Origin: an uncultured Chloroflexia bacterium | GTDB lineage: Bacteria > Chloroflexota > Anaerolineae > Anaerolineales > Villigracilaceae | Direction of reading: 5' to 3' | Length of the DNA: 64,000 bases | Assembly: GCA_963753465.1 (NCBI GenBank) | Contig: CAVWCJ010000006.1 | Coordinates: 261,366 to 325,365, forward strand | Shown: piece after piece, positions 56,522-64,000 of the stretch | How the letters are laid out: every line of letters starts with the position of its first letter | Position numbering within the stretch: position 1 is the stretch's first letter | Position numbers and translations under genes: made by a program | The notes under the pieces: model-generated | Databases searched by the model: none | What the model was told of the DNA's origin: nothing | The model's input: only the letters and a program-made list of their open reading frames with translations

Positions 56522-57160
56522 ATGAAAACCCAATTTATTGGTATCCCCTTAATGGTACTTCTGCTGGCTCTTGCGGCGTGCAGTTCAACTGCGGTGAACC
56601 CCGTCCCGGCCGTCCATACGACATTCACAGCTATTCCGCCAGCTCAGGAAACGGAACCACCCCCAGATACTTCTCCTTCTTTCACCCCCAAGGAGGTCCA
56701 GATGGCATTCCAAATGACCAGCACCGCCTTTGCACAGGGGAATCCTATTCCCCCGGTTTACACCTGCACCGGCAGGAACATCTCGCCGCCCCTACAGTGG
56801 GGAGATCCCCCGGAGGGGACGCAGAGCTTCGCCCTGATCCTGGATGATCCGGACGCCCCGGGGGGAACCTTCACCCATTGGATGCTCTACAACATCCCCG
56901 CCCCTGAGAGCAGCCTGGCTGAAAACATCCCCGCCTCGCCGCAGCTTCCCGATGGGAGCCTGCAGGGTAAAAATTCCTTTGGCCAACTCGGCTACGGTGG
57001 CCCTTGCCCGCCCTCCGGCACGCACCGCTACTTCTTCAAATTTTACGCCCTGGACAGCCAGCTCGGGCTGCCCGCAGGGACCAGTGTAAACCAACTGCAG
57101 CAGGCCATCCAGGGGCATATTCTGGGCAGCACCGAGCTGATGGGCACCTACCGGAAATAA
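56522..57160 (+). CDS. YbhB/YbcL (PEBP/Raf-kinase-inhibitor-like) family lipoprotein
   Basis: Lipobox LALAAC, plus FALILDDPDAPGGTFTHW and GYGGPCPPSGTHRYFFKFYALD. Confidence 0.88.
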   Translation: MKTQFIGIPLMVLLLALAACSSTAVNPVPAVHTTFTAIPPAQETEPPPDTSPSFTPKEVQMAFQMTSTAFAQGNPIPPVYTCTGRNISPPLQWGDPPEGTQSFALILDDPDAPGGTFTHWMLYNIPAPESSLAENIPASPQLPDGSLQGKNSFGQLGYGGPCPPSGTHRYFFKFYALDSQLGLPAGTSVNQLQQAIQGHILGSTELMGTYRK

Positions 57161-57236
57161 TCCTGTGGAGCACCACTCTGCAGGATTTCCGCCGCGTCTT
57201 GGGGCGTTTGCCTTTGCCGCTGTGGCTCTCAGGGCG

Positions 57237-58118
57237 TTACTTGACCACCTGGGGCGTGGCTGTTGGGGTAAGGATCAGGAGCGGGAAATTCCGGATATCG
57301 AAATCAAACCCACACGGGCCCAGCATGACATCATTGTAGACCGGGCTGCGCGCCAAGATCGTGCCGCCTGCGCCCGTAGCCACAAACTGGTACAGCAGAA
57401 GGGCAGAGTTGAACTGCCCCACGCCGGACAGGGCACTGGTGGGCAGGCTGTGCTGGAAAACGCCATTGCCCTGAGGGTACATGGCCGCGCCTTGGTCCCA
57501 GGCCGTGAGCGTTGCCCCGCTTCCGTCCTCCAGGCGGGTAAAGACAGTCACAGCCTGGACGTTTTGTGTCTGGGTCACAGTCACTGCAAAGAGCACCTGA
57601 TTGGGAGTGCAGCCACCGTGGTAGACCTGCTTGGGGGCAGTGGTGTTGGAGAAGGTTACCCCGACCACTGCTGTCGGTGTCGGGCTGGGCGTCGGGCTGA
57701 GCGTGGCGCTCGGGGTGGAGGTCGGCTGGCCCACTTCCACGACGACCCGGGCGTAATCTCCCCACTGACCGGCTGAGCTTTCGGCGCGGGCCTGGATGGT
57801 GTACTCACCCGGAACCGACGGAGTCCATGTCTTGTGCAGGGTGGCCAGGTTGCTTCCCGCCATTGGGTTCGGCAGGGTCGCCAACACCTGCCCATTGATG
57901 CTCAACTCGCCCGCGGCGACGGAGGAATCGAAGGTTATATGGAAAACGATGTCATACGGGAGCCCCAGCGGCAGCCGCATCCCGTCGAGGGGCGCATCGA
58001 TCCACGCCTGCGGCCCCACACCGCCTGGCAGAACCAGGCGGGTTGTTTGGGGCAGGTTGCAGCCGGCGGTCATTGCAGAGAAAAGAAGGATCAGCCCGAA
58101 ACGGAAAATAGGTTTCAT
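57237..58118 (-). CDS. lipoprotein with two Ig-like domains separated by a PT-rich linker
   Basis: The start MKPIFRFGLILLFSAMTAGC follows GGAGAA. The first domain is alignable to the N-terminal domain of the upstream 1008-aa protein (ELSINGQVLATLP...GEYTIQARA versus IDLYINGSLYES...GQFTLLAYA). Confidence 0.75.
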   Translation of the reverse strand: MKPIFRFGLILLFSAMTAGCNLPQTTRLVLPGGVGPQAWIDAPLDGMRLPLGLPYDIVFHITFDSSVAAGELSINGQVLATLPNPMAGSNLATLHKTWTPSVPGEYTIQARAESSAGQWGDYARVVVEVGQPTSTPSATLSPTPSPTPTAVVGVTFSNTTAPKQVYHGGCTPNQVLFAVTVTQTQNVQAVTVFTRLEDGSGATLTAWDQGAAMYPQGNGVFQHSLPTSALSGVGQFNSALLLYQFVATGAGGTILARSPVYNDVMLGPCGFDFDIRNFPLLILTPTATPQVVK

Positions 58119-58138
58119 CTTGGGTTCTCCTGCCTTGT

Positions 58139-61100
58139 TCAAGGCCCAACCGGATCGGCGAAGTCCCAGTGATCCTGTCCACCGCCAGTGCACGGAACCC
58201 AATCCTGGGTGCTCCCCGGGCTGTAGCAGTCTTCGGCAGCCTGCATATGCGAGGTGCCACCAAAGTAAAGCGGCTTAATCGCATCCCAGGCCTCGCCCAC
58301 CACGCAGTAGTTGCTCTGGTGGTTATAGCAGGGTGTCAGCGCGATCGGGATCGTCCTTGATTCGCCTGGCTGCAACCAGGGAATAGGTACACGGACATCC
58401 TGGTAGATGGATCCTTCGGGCACGCCGGTGTTGGTGGGATTGTCCACCGTGACCACCAGGGTCAGCTGATACTTGTCGGCATCCGCCTTGGTCATCGCCT
58501 GCGCTTCGGGGGTCGCCTTGCGGGTGATCTTGACCTGCACGGAGCCGGGAAAATTATAGGAGCCAGGCGCCGGGTGAACCACGATATTGGGATCCAGGCA
58601 GAGCGGCTTCAGGGTGCGTAACATGGCTTCATAGGCGTCAAAACAGGCTGGCTGGCTGCTGAGGTTCACATACTGGGTGTATTCCAAGGTCAGTTGATCC
58701 TCCAGCTGCTGCTCGCACCACGAGCAGTCTTTGTATAGAGTGCCCGCTGTGGGGTCGTCGAGGATCTCGTCCACGACGTCCGGGATGATGTCGTCAGAGA
58801 CCAGACTGCTTAAATTGGGAAGGTCGGGAGGCATGCCGGTCAGGTAGGAGAAGCCGAACTTGACCGCGTCCTTTACTACCGAAGCGCACTCGCCGCTGCA
58901 ACCCGGTATTATGGATGCGATGTCCCCGCCGATATCGGCAATCATGGTGTCAAATCCATAGGCAATCATATCGAACCATTGTTCAAAGTCCTTGAGCTCG
59001 GCTTTCAACATGCACAATACGCTGCCGCAGTCGCCGGTGAAAAGCGGGGCCGGGCAGATTTCCTGATCAGGCTTGTATGTTCCCGTGGGGTCTTTGTCCA
59101 CGATCACACAACCCCAATTTTCGCCAGACACGAAGTTGGGTGGGGTATAGGAATCGGTCAGGATCTGGACATTGTATAGACTGGGATAGGGGGAGGTCAG
59201 CGGTGGCAGCCCGGAGGGGACCGGTGGCGTATTGTAGTGCATGACGACTGTGTTAGAAAACTGAGCATATCCGCTGATCTTCAGCTGAGGGATAACCCGC
59301 AAATATAATGAAAACGGCTGGCCTTCCTGATAGTTGCTCGGCCACCAGTTGCTTTGATAATCGAATACCTGATCCCCTGCCCCCCAGCCTGAGTTCGAGC
59401 CGCCGCCTGGCGGGTAGAGCTCCGCTCCAAGGTCTTCAAGGAATGTACCTTCGTGGTCAGTGACCGTGGGGTCACAACCGGCGGAAATGGGCAGGTCAAC
59501 ACTCCAGTAATCGTCATTCGGGAAAGGTCCGGCTGCCAGCTCCGAACACACCTGGTTCACATCACTCAGGCTCGTGCTCTGCCAGCGAAATTCAAAGCTC
59601 TGGTTCTGGATCGGGATGTCCGGTAACAGATTGACCTCGCTGACCCATTTGCCACCCCCGCTTCCCGTGCAGCCTCCCTTTCCCTCGACCGAACAGACGG
59701 TCAGTACCGAGCGGTGGATGGTGGTCTTGAAGTTCCCGGCAAAGGTCAGCTGGCCGCCTGACCAGCCCCAGACCTCCAGGCTCAAGTCCAGATCCGGCTG
59801 CTGAACCGAGTCCAGCAAGGTATCGAGGTAGGAATTAATATTGAATTGAATGCCGGAGCCAGGTAAGTAGGTGCGGTCCCCCTCGGGAACCCGCACGCCT
59901 CTTGATCCGTTGATCTGGATGTAGAAATAGGCCATATCCATCGCCTGGGGCAGGATCAGGTTGCCGTTTTCAATTCGGATCTGGTTCTGGCCGTTCCCGC
60001 CATTCGAAGGCGGTGGGCATTGCCCCGTGTCCAGCGCGATCGATGCCGGTGTGCCGGGCGTTTCTCCGGCAGCATTGAATGCAGAGAGGTAGAAGCTGAC
60101 AAGCCCATATTCATTCGGGAAGCTCGCCGGGTATTCATATTTTTCTGCATCCACGATATCGACAATTTTTGGCCAGGTGGCGATCCGCTCCCAGGGACCT
60201 CCATCCTGCGAGCGGTACAGGAAAAAGCCATCTTCATTCATCGGCCGGGCATAGTCATACGCATGGTCCGGGCCAGGATCGATAAAGGTGACTGCATTCT
60301 GGAAACTGATCAGGGCGGTGCAGCCGGAAAAATTAGCCTGCAGGATGGGGGCATGCGGCAGCTTGGCGGAGGTATTTCCACCCTGGGTCTTCAACCAGAA
60401 CTGCAAGTTGGATAAGAAGCCTGGGGGAGAGATCGGCTGACCGGCAGTCTGGCCGATGGGGGATAGCGGGGTGAGGGGAAACGTGACCGTAGGAGTCCCT
60501 GCCCCACCGCTGCCCTGGGAAGTGGATTGCCCCACCTGGGAAAGAGGAAAGCCTGCAATGATCTTCGGATTGGTGATCGGGGCGGGTGGGTTGGGAAGGT
60601 ACACCTGGCTGCCCGGTTCCAGCGGGCTGACCGGATCGATGCCCGGATTGACATTCCGAACCTCAGCCAGGGGAAGGTTATTGGCGCTGGCCAGGCTTTG
60701 CAGCGTGTCCCCCGCATTCACCGTGATCGGAGAGCGCGACCCGCCAGCCGGCCCGACCCGGAGGACCACCGGGGTGGAAATGCCAGTCTGGCCGTTCTGG
60801 TCGGTCGCATATGCCAGAAGGGTGAATTGCCCCGAGGTTCCCGGCTGCCAGTTCCATTGAGTGGCAAAGGACTTACCCGCCCAGCCGGCAGGAGCGGCCC
60901 GGCTTTCATATAGGCTTCCGTTGATATAGAGATCGATCGCCTTAATCGGCTGGCTTCCTTCCGCTGAAACAAAGACTGGAAGGTAGGAGTCCAGAGGCCA
61001 GGCTCCGGCGAGTTGGAGAGTGGTAAGACTGACGTGGATTGAAGAGGAGCCCGGGAGGATCAGATCCGACATGGTCGGAACACGTCGTACGGCAATTAAA

Positions 61101-61165
61101 CTTCCCCCTGCCAGGATCAACACGACAGCCAAGAGGATCACAAAAACCACGAAACGTTTATGCAT
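58139..61165 (-). CDS. large (1008 aa) membrane-anchored surface protein with Ig-like and LysM domains and a Cys-rich C-terminal region
   Basis: An N-terminal TM anchor. The LysM motif ITVNAGDTLQSLASANNLPLAEVRNVNPGI...GSQVYLP lies at about 60593-60727. The rest is unassigned. Confidence 0.8.
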   Translation of the reverse strand: MHKRFVVFVILLAVVLILAGGSLIAVRRVPTMSDLILPGSSSIHVSLTTLQLAGAWPLDSYLPVFVSAEGSQPIKAIDLYINGSLYESRAAPAGWAGKSFATQWNWQPGTSGQFTLLAYATDQNGQTGISTPVVLRVGPAGGSRSPITVNAGDTLQSLASANNLPLAEVRNVNPGIDPVSPLEPGSQVYLPNPPAPITNPKIIAGFPLSQVGQSTSQGSGGAGTPTVTFPLTPLSPIGQTAGQPISPPGFLSNLQFWLKTQGGNTSAKLPHAPILQANFSGCTALISFQNAVTFIDPGPDHAYDYARPMNEDGFFLYRSQDGGPWERIATWPKIVDIVDAEKYEYPASFPNEYGLVSFYLSAFNAAGETPGTPASIALDTGQCPPPSNGGNGQNQIRIENGNLILPQAMDMAYFYIQINGSRGVRVPEGDRTYLPGSGIQFNINSYLDTLLDSVQQPDLDLSLEVWGWSGGQLTFAGNFKTTIHRSVLTVCSVEGKGGCTGSGGGKWVSEVNLLPDIPIQNQSFEFRWQSTSLSDVNQVCSELAAGPFPNDDYWSVDLPISAGCDPTVTDHEGTFLEDLGAELYPPGGGSNSGWGAGDQVFDYQSNWWPSNYQEGQPFSLYLRVIPQLKISGYAQFSNTVVMHYNTPPVPSGLPPLTSPYPSLYNVQILTDSYTPPNFVSGENWGCVIVDKDPTGTYKPDQEICPAPLFTGDCGSVLCMLKAELKDFEQWFDMIAYGFDTMIADIGGDIASIIPGCSGECASVVKDAVKFGFSYLTGMPPDLPNLSSLVSDDIIPDVVDEILDDPTAGTLYKDCSWCEQQLEDQLTLEYTQYVNLSSQPACFDAYEAMLRTLKPLCLDPNIVVHPAPGSYNFPGSVQVKITRKATPEAQAMTKADADKYQLTLVVTVDNPTNTGVPEGSIYQDVRVPIPWLQPGESRTIPIALTPCYNHQSNYCVVGEAWDAIKPLYFGGTSHMQAAEDCYSPGSTQDWVPCTGGGQDHWDFADPVGP

Positions 61166-61331
61166 AAACGCCTCCCCAAGTGGTCCGGTTATGTGGAATT
61201 TATCACTTTCATTATACAGACATGGCGGCAGATATCAATAGCCTTTTCTCCCTAGGTCATTTTTCTGAGGTGAGGACACAGAACCGTTTCAAACCGCCGT
61301 GGTGAAGTTTTTTTCCAGTATAATCAGCCCA

Positions 61332-62549
61332 ATGTCTATTTTTCCCAACAAACGTATCCTGCTGGGCGTCACTGGCTCGATCGCGGCATATAAATCCGCC
61401 GACCTGGCCTCCAAACTGACCCAGGCCGGGGCCCAGGTGGATGTAATCCTGACCGCCGGAGCGGAAAAATTCGTCACACCGCTCACCTTCCAGTCCGTAA
61501 CCGGCCGCAAGGCCTTCACCGACGCAGACCTTTGGGGGGGTGAGGCACATATTTTGCACGTCGGTCTGGCACAAAATGCCCAGCTCCTGGTCGTCGCCCC
61601 CTGCACGGCTAACACGCTGGGAAAACTGGCTCACGGTCTGGCCGACAACCTGCTGACAATCACCGCTCTAGCCGCGCGCAGCCCGATCCTGATCGCTCCG
61701 GCAATGGACCTGGGCATGTACTCGCATCCAGCCATCCAGGAAAATGTCCGCATCCTGAATGAACGCGGCGTTCATTTTGCTGGGCCGGAGGAGGGGCACA
61801 TGGCCTCGGGCCTGACCGGTAAGGGGCGCATGGTCGAGCCCTCTGAACTGCTCGGCCACATCCGCCTCGTCCTCGGACGGGAGGGTAAGCTGGCCAGCCG
61901 CAAAGTGGTCATCACGGCCGGCGGGACACAGGAGCCGCTGGATCCCGTGCGCATGCTTACCAACCGCTCGTCAGGCAAGCAGGGATATGCCATGGCCCAG
62001 GCCGCCCTCGACGCCGGCGCGGATGTGGTGCTCATCTCCACACCCACCGCGCTGACCCCCCCGGTCGGGGCCCGCATGATCGAAGTGCATACTGCCCAGG
62101 AAATGCTCGAGGCGGTACTCTCTGAATCCGCCGACGCGGATGGACTGGTCATGGCGGCTGCGGTAGCTGATTTCCGCCCAAAGGCGGTAGCCAAGGATAA
62201 AATGAAAAAACGGGACGGCGTCCCCCGCGTCGAACTGGAGGCCACGCCGGACATCCTTGCCGCGATCGACCAGCAGAGGTCCCGGATACACCGGCCTACG
62301 ATCGTCGCCGGCTTTGCTGCTGAAAGTCACGACCTGGTCGAGAATGCCGCCGGCAAACTGCAGTCCAAGAATCTCGACATGATCGTGGCCAACGATATCA
62401 CGGTCCCCGGCACGGGTTTCGGTGCGGAGAACAACCGCGTAATCCTGCTCCACTCCGACGGCCGGCGGGAAGACCTGCCGCTGATGTCCAAAATCGACAT
62501 TGCCGAGACCATCATCAAACGCGTGGCAGTCCTGCTGGAGACCCAATGA
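61332..62549 (+). CDS. coaBC: bifunctional phosphopantothenoylcysteine decarboxylase / phosphopantothenate-cysteine ligase
   Basis: RILLGVTGSIAAYKSADLASKL...PAMD..M...P and the C-terminal ligase region ITAGGTQEPLDPVR.LTNRSSGKQG. The start is set to the ATG at 61332. Confidence 0.93.
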   Translation: MSIFPNKRILLGVTGSIAAYKSADLASKLTQAGAQVDVILTAGAEKFVTPLTFQSVTGRKAFTDADLWGGEAHILHVGLAQNAQLLVVAPCTANTLGKLAHGLADNLLTITALAARSPILIAPAMDLGMYSHPAIQENVRILNERGVHFAGPEEGHMASGLTGKGRMVEPSELLGHIRLVLGREGKLASRKVVITAGGTQEPLDPVRMLTNRSSGKQGYAMAQAALDAGADVVLISTPTALTPPVGARMIEVHTAQEMLEAVLSESADADGLVMAAAVADFRPKAVAKDKMKKRDGVPRVELEATPDILAAIDQQRSRIHRPTIVAGFAAESHDLVENAAGKLQSKNLDMIVANDITVPGTGFGAENNRVILLHSDGRREDLPLMSKIDIAETIIKRVAVLLETQ

Positions 62550-63280
62550 CAAAAATCCTGGTGATCTCGGATATCCACGCCAACCTGACTGCTCTGGACA
62601 CCGTCCTCGAAGATGCCGGAAAAGTGGATGAAGTCTGGTGCCTGGGAGATATTGCCGGTTACGGCCCGGATCCCAACGAGTGTATCGAGCGTTTATGCGC
62701 TCTGCCCAAGCTGACCTGCATGATGGGCAACCACGATTATGCCGCCATCGGTAACCAGCCGCTGGAAACTTTCAACTCTGACGCCCGCAAGGCCCTGGTC
62801 TGGCAGAGGAAAGTCTTGAGCGAAGCCAGCATGGCCTTCCTGCGCCGTCTCCCGGAAACGCCGGTGGTGCGCGGGGAAATTACCCTGGCCCATGGCAGCC
62901 CGCGCAATTCTGTCTGGGAGTACATCATGAACACTCTTGTGGCGCGTCTTAACCTGGGTGCATTCCAAACCCCCTGGTGTTTCATCGGCCATTCACACTT
63001 CCAGGCGGTTTTTCAATACCACAAAGATAAGGACGATATCAGCATTGAAGTGCCGAAAGCGGGGACACGCTACGAATTGTCGGACCGGGCTCTTCTGAAT
63101 CCCGGCTCGGTCGGCCAGCCGCGCGACCGGGATCCCAGGTCTGCTTACGCCATTTACTACCCCAAGACGCACATCTGGGAGCCGCACCGGGTGGAGTATG
63201 ACATCCCAGCGGTGCAGAAGCGCATCCTGGCTGCCGGGCTGCCTCAGCGCCATGCCGAACGATTGGCCGAGGGCTGGTAG
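62546..63280 (+). CDS. metallophosphoesterase family protein (YfcE/MJ0936-like)
   Basis: Motifs ISDIHAN, LGDIAGYGPDP, GNHD and GHSH. The start overlaps the coaBC stop (ATGA). Confidence 0.85.
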   Translation: MTKILVISDIHANLTALDTVLEDAGKVDEVWCLGDIAGYGPDPNECIERLCALPKLTCMMGNHDYAAIGNQPLETFNSDARKALVWQRKVLSEASMAFLRRLPETPVVRGEITLAHGSPRNSVWEYIMNTLVARLNLGAFQTPWCFIGHSHFQAVFQYHKDKDDISIEVPKAGTRYELSDRALLNPGSVGQPRDRDPRSAYAIYYPKTHIWEPHRVEYDIPAVQKRILAAGLPQRHAERLAEGW

Positions 63281-63531
63281 GCATTTAATTTAACGGGAGG
63301 AAACAGCAGCAGCGCCTCACCGGGAACGTGGATAGAAATTGGCATCCTTTATTTCCGGCGGCACGCATCCTTCTCACGAGGGACAATTCCGGTGCTCTTT
63401 CCGACAAGCGAAGGCCACAGGCTGTTTTCGACGGAGGAGTTGATTCATCACGTGTTTAAATCTCTGGAACTTTTATCCGGGGAAGGTCGTCTAGGAGGTA
63501 ATCCATCCCTTACCTCACTGGAGGAGGAATA

Positions 63532-64000
63532 ATGAAAATAAAAGCCCTTTTTATTCCCGTTCTCGTTCTGATCACCCTGGCGCAGACCGCCTGCGGTGCC
63601 AGCCGATCAGCTACACCGGCTCCCAACTTGTTTACGCACGTATCGAGCGGCTTGGTCCAGTCGTCTCCGGCGCTCGAAGCAGCCGCGGCCACTGCAGCTC
63701 CGGTGGAGCCATTTGGCCAGGACAAAAGCGCAAATTCATCCGCCGTGGGCGCAGCCGGGGGTGCCGCCCAGACCCAGGACCGCCTGGTGGTAAAGACCGC
63801 CAGCATCACCATCGTCGTCACCAGCCCCCAGGCTAAAATGGATGCCATCTCCCAGATGGCAATTGGCATGGGCGGATACGTGGTCTCGATGAACATGGAT
63901 CAGGTCGAAACCCCGAGTGGGGGCACAGCTCCTGAAGGCACTATTTCCATTCGCGTCCCGGTAGACAAACTGGATGAGGCCAGGACCCAGATCAAAGCCG
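63532..64000 (+). CDS. DUF4349-like lipoprotein, N-terminal part (continues beyond the window)
   Basis: Not in the ORF track because there is no stop within the window. ATG at 63532 after GGAGGAGG. Lipobox LAQTAC. RLVVKTASITIVVTSPQAKMDAISQMAIGMGGYVVS matches the DUF4349 pattern. Confidence 0.6.
   Translation, partial: MKIKALFIPVLVLITLAQTACGASRSATPAPNLFTHVSSGLVQSSPALEAAAATAAPVEPFGQDKSANSSAVGAAGGAAQTQDRLVVKTASITIVVTSPQAKMDAISQMAIGMGGYVVSMNMDQVETPSGGTAPEGTISIRVPVDKLDEARTQIKA

Noticed and set aside
1-64000. Search for rRNA, tRNA, CRISPR arrays and riboswitch-like leaders
   Set aside because: I noticed no cloverleaf-like segments in the intergenic regions I read through, no regularly spaced direct repeats, and no recognisable riboswitch cores upstream of panB, ribF, thyX or coaBC. 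This was a visual scan only, so small RNAs could have been missed.

Overview
This is a high-GC bacterial chromosomal segment. Hand counts give about 65% GC in core genes and about 35-40% in a few short patches. All family calls come from motif recognition on the supplied ORF translations; no database search was run. Gene content hints at a Chloroflexota/Anaerolineae-like organism, but that is inference only.

Gene content, in order:
- 0.7-7.1 kb (minus): a 2-oxoacid dehydrogenase operon, E1alpha-E1beta-E2-(membrane protein)-E3.
- 7.3-13.2 kb (minus): a B12-binding radical SAM protein, a membrane-anchored HdrD/CCG-type Fe-S oxidoreductase, a chagasin-type inhibitor and an SLT-domain protein.
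- 13.3-23.0 kb (minus): a complete System I cytochrome c maturation cluster, ccmE-F-H-G ... ccmA-B-C-D. It carries an embedded diheme cytochrome gene and three modular membrane proteins.
- 23.2-25.0 kb: panE-panB.
- 25.3-31.7 kb: envelope, sugar and methyltransferase genes.
- 31.9-39.6 kb (plus): the classical nusA-ylxR-infB-rbfA-nrnA-truB-ribF operon.
- 39.7-41.3 kb: an S53 peptidase.
- 41.6-49.5 kb: an accessory mosaic. It holds a broken nucleoside hydrolase, two different IS elements that both have intact target-site duplications, a long thyX and three paralogous small membrane proteins in AT-rich patches.
- 49.5-64 kb: housekeeping and envelope genes. These include AMMECR1, a flavin reductase, an amidase plus two L,D-transpeptidases, phosphoesterases, a 1008-aa LysM surface protein and coaBC.

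I saw no rRNA, tRNA or CRISPR array.

Main second-look items:
- Four conserved genes each have a single reading-frame break. Three of these are repaired by changing the length of a short homopolymer, so indel errors are more likely than decay.
- CcmE carries the variant CxxxY heme-binding motif.
- Three membrane proteins in the ccm cluster share an ectodomain, a SHOCT-like motif and a zinc ribbon in pairwise combinations.
- An IS1634-like element appears to have mobilised 0.68 kb of passenger DNA.

I did not recognise an obvious self-contained novel system such as a defence island. The ccm-associated module trio and the IS passenger with its small-membrane-protein family are the best candidates for something undescribed.
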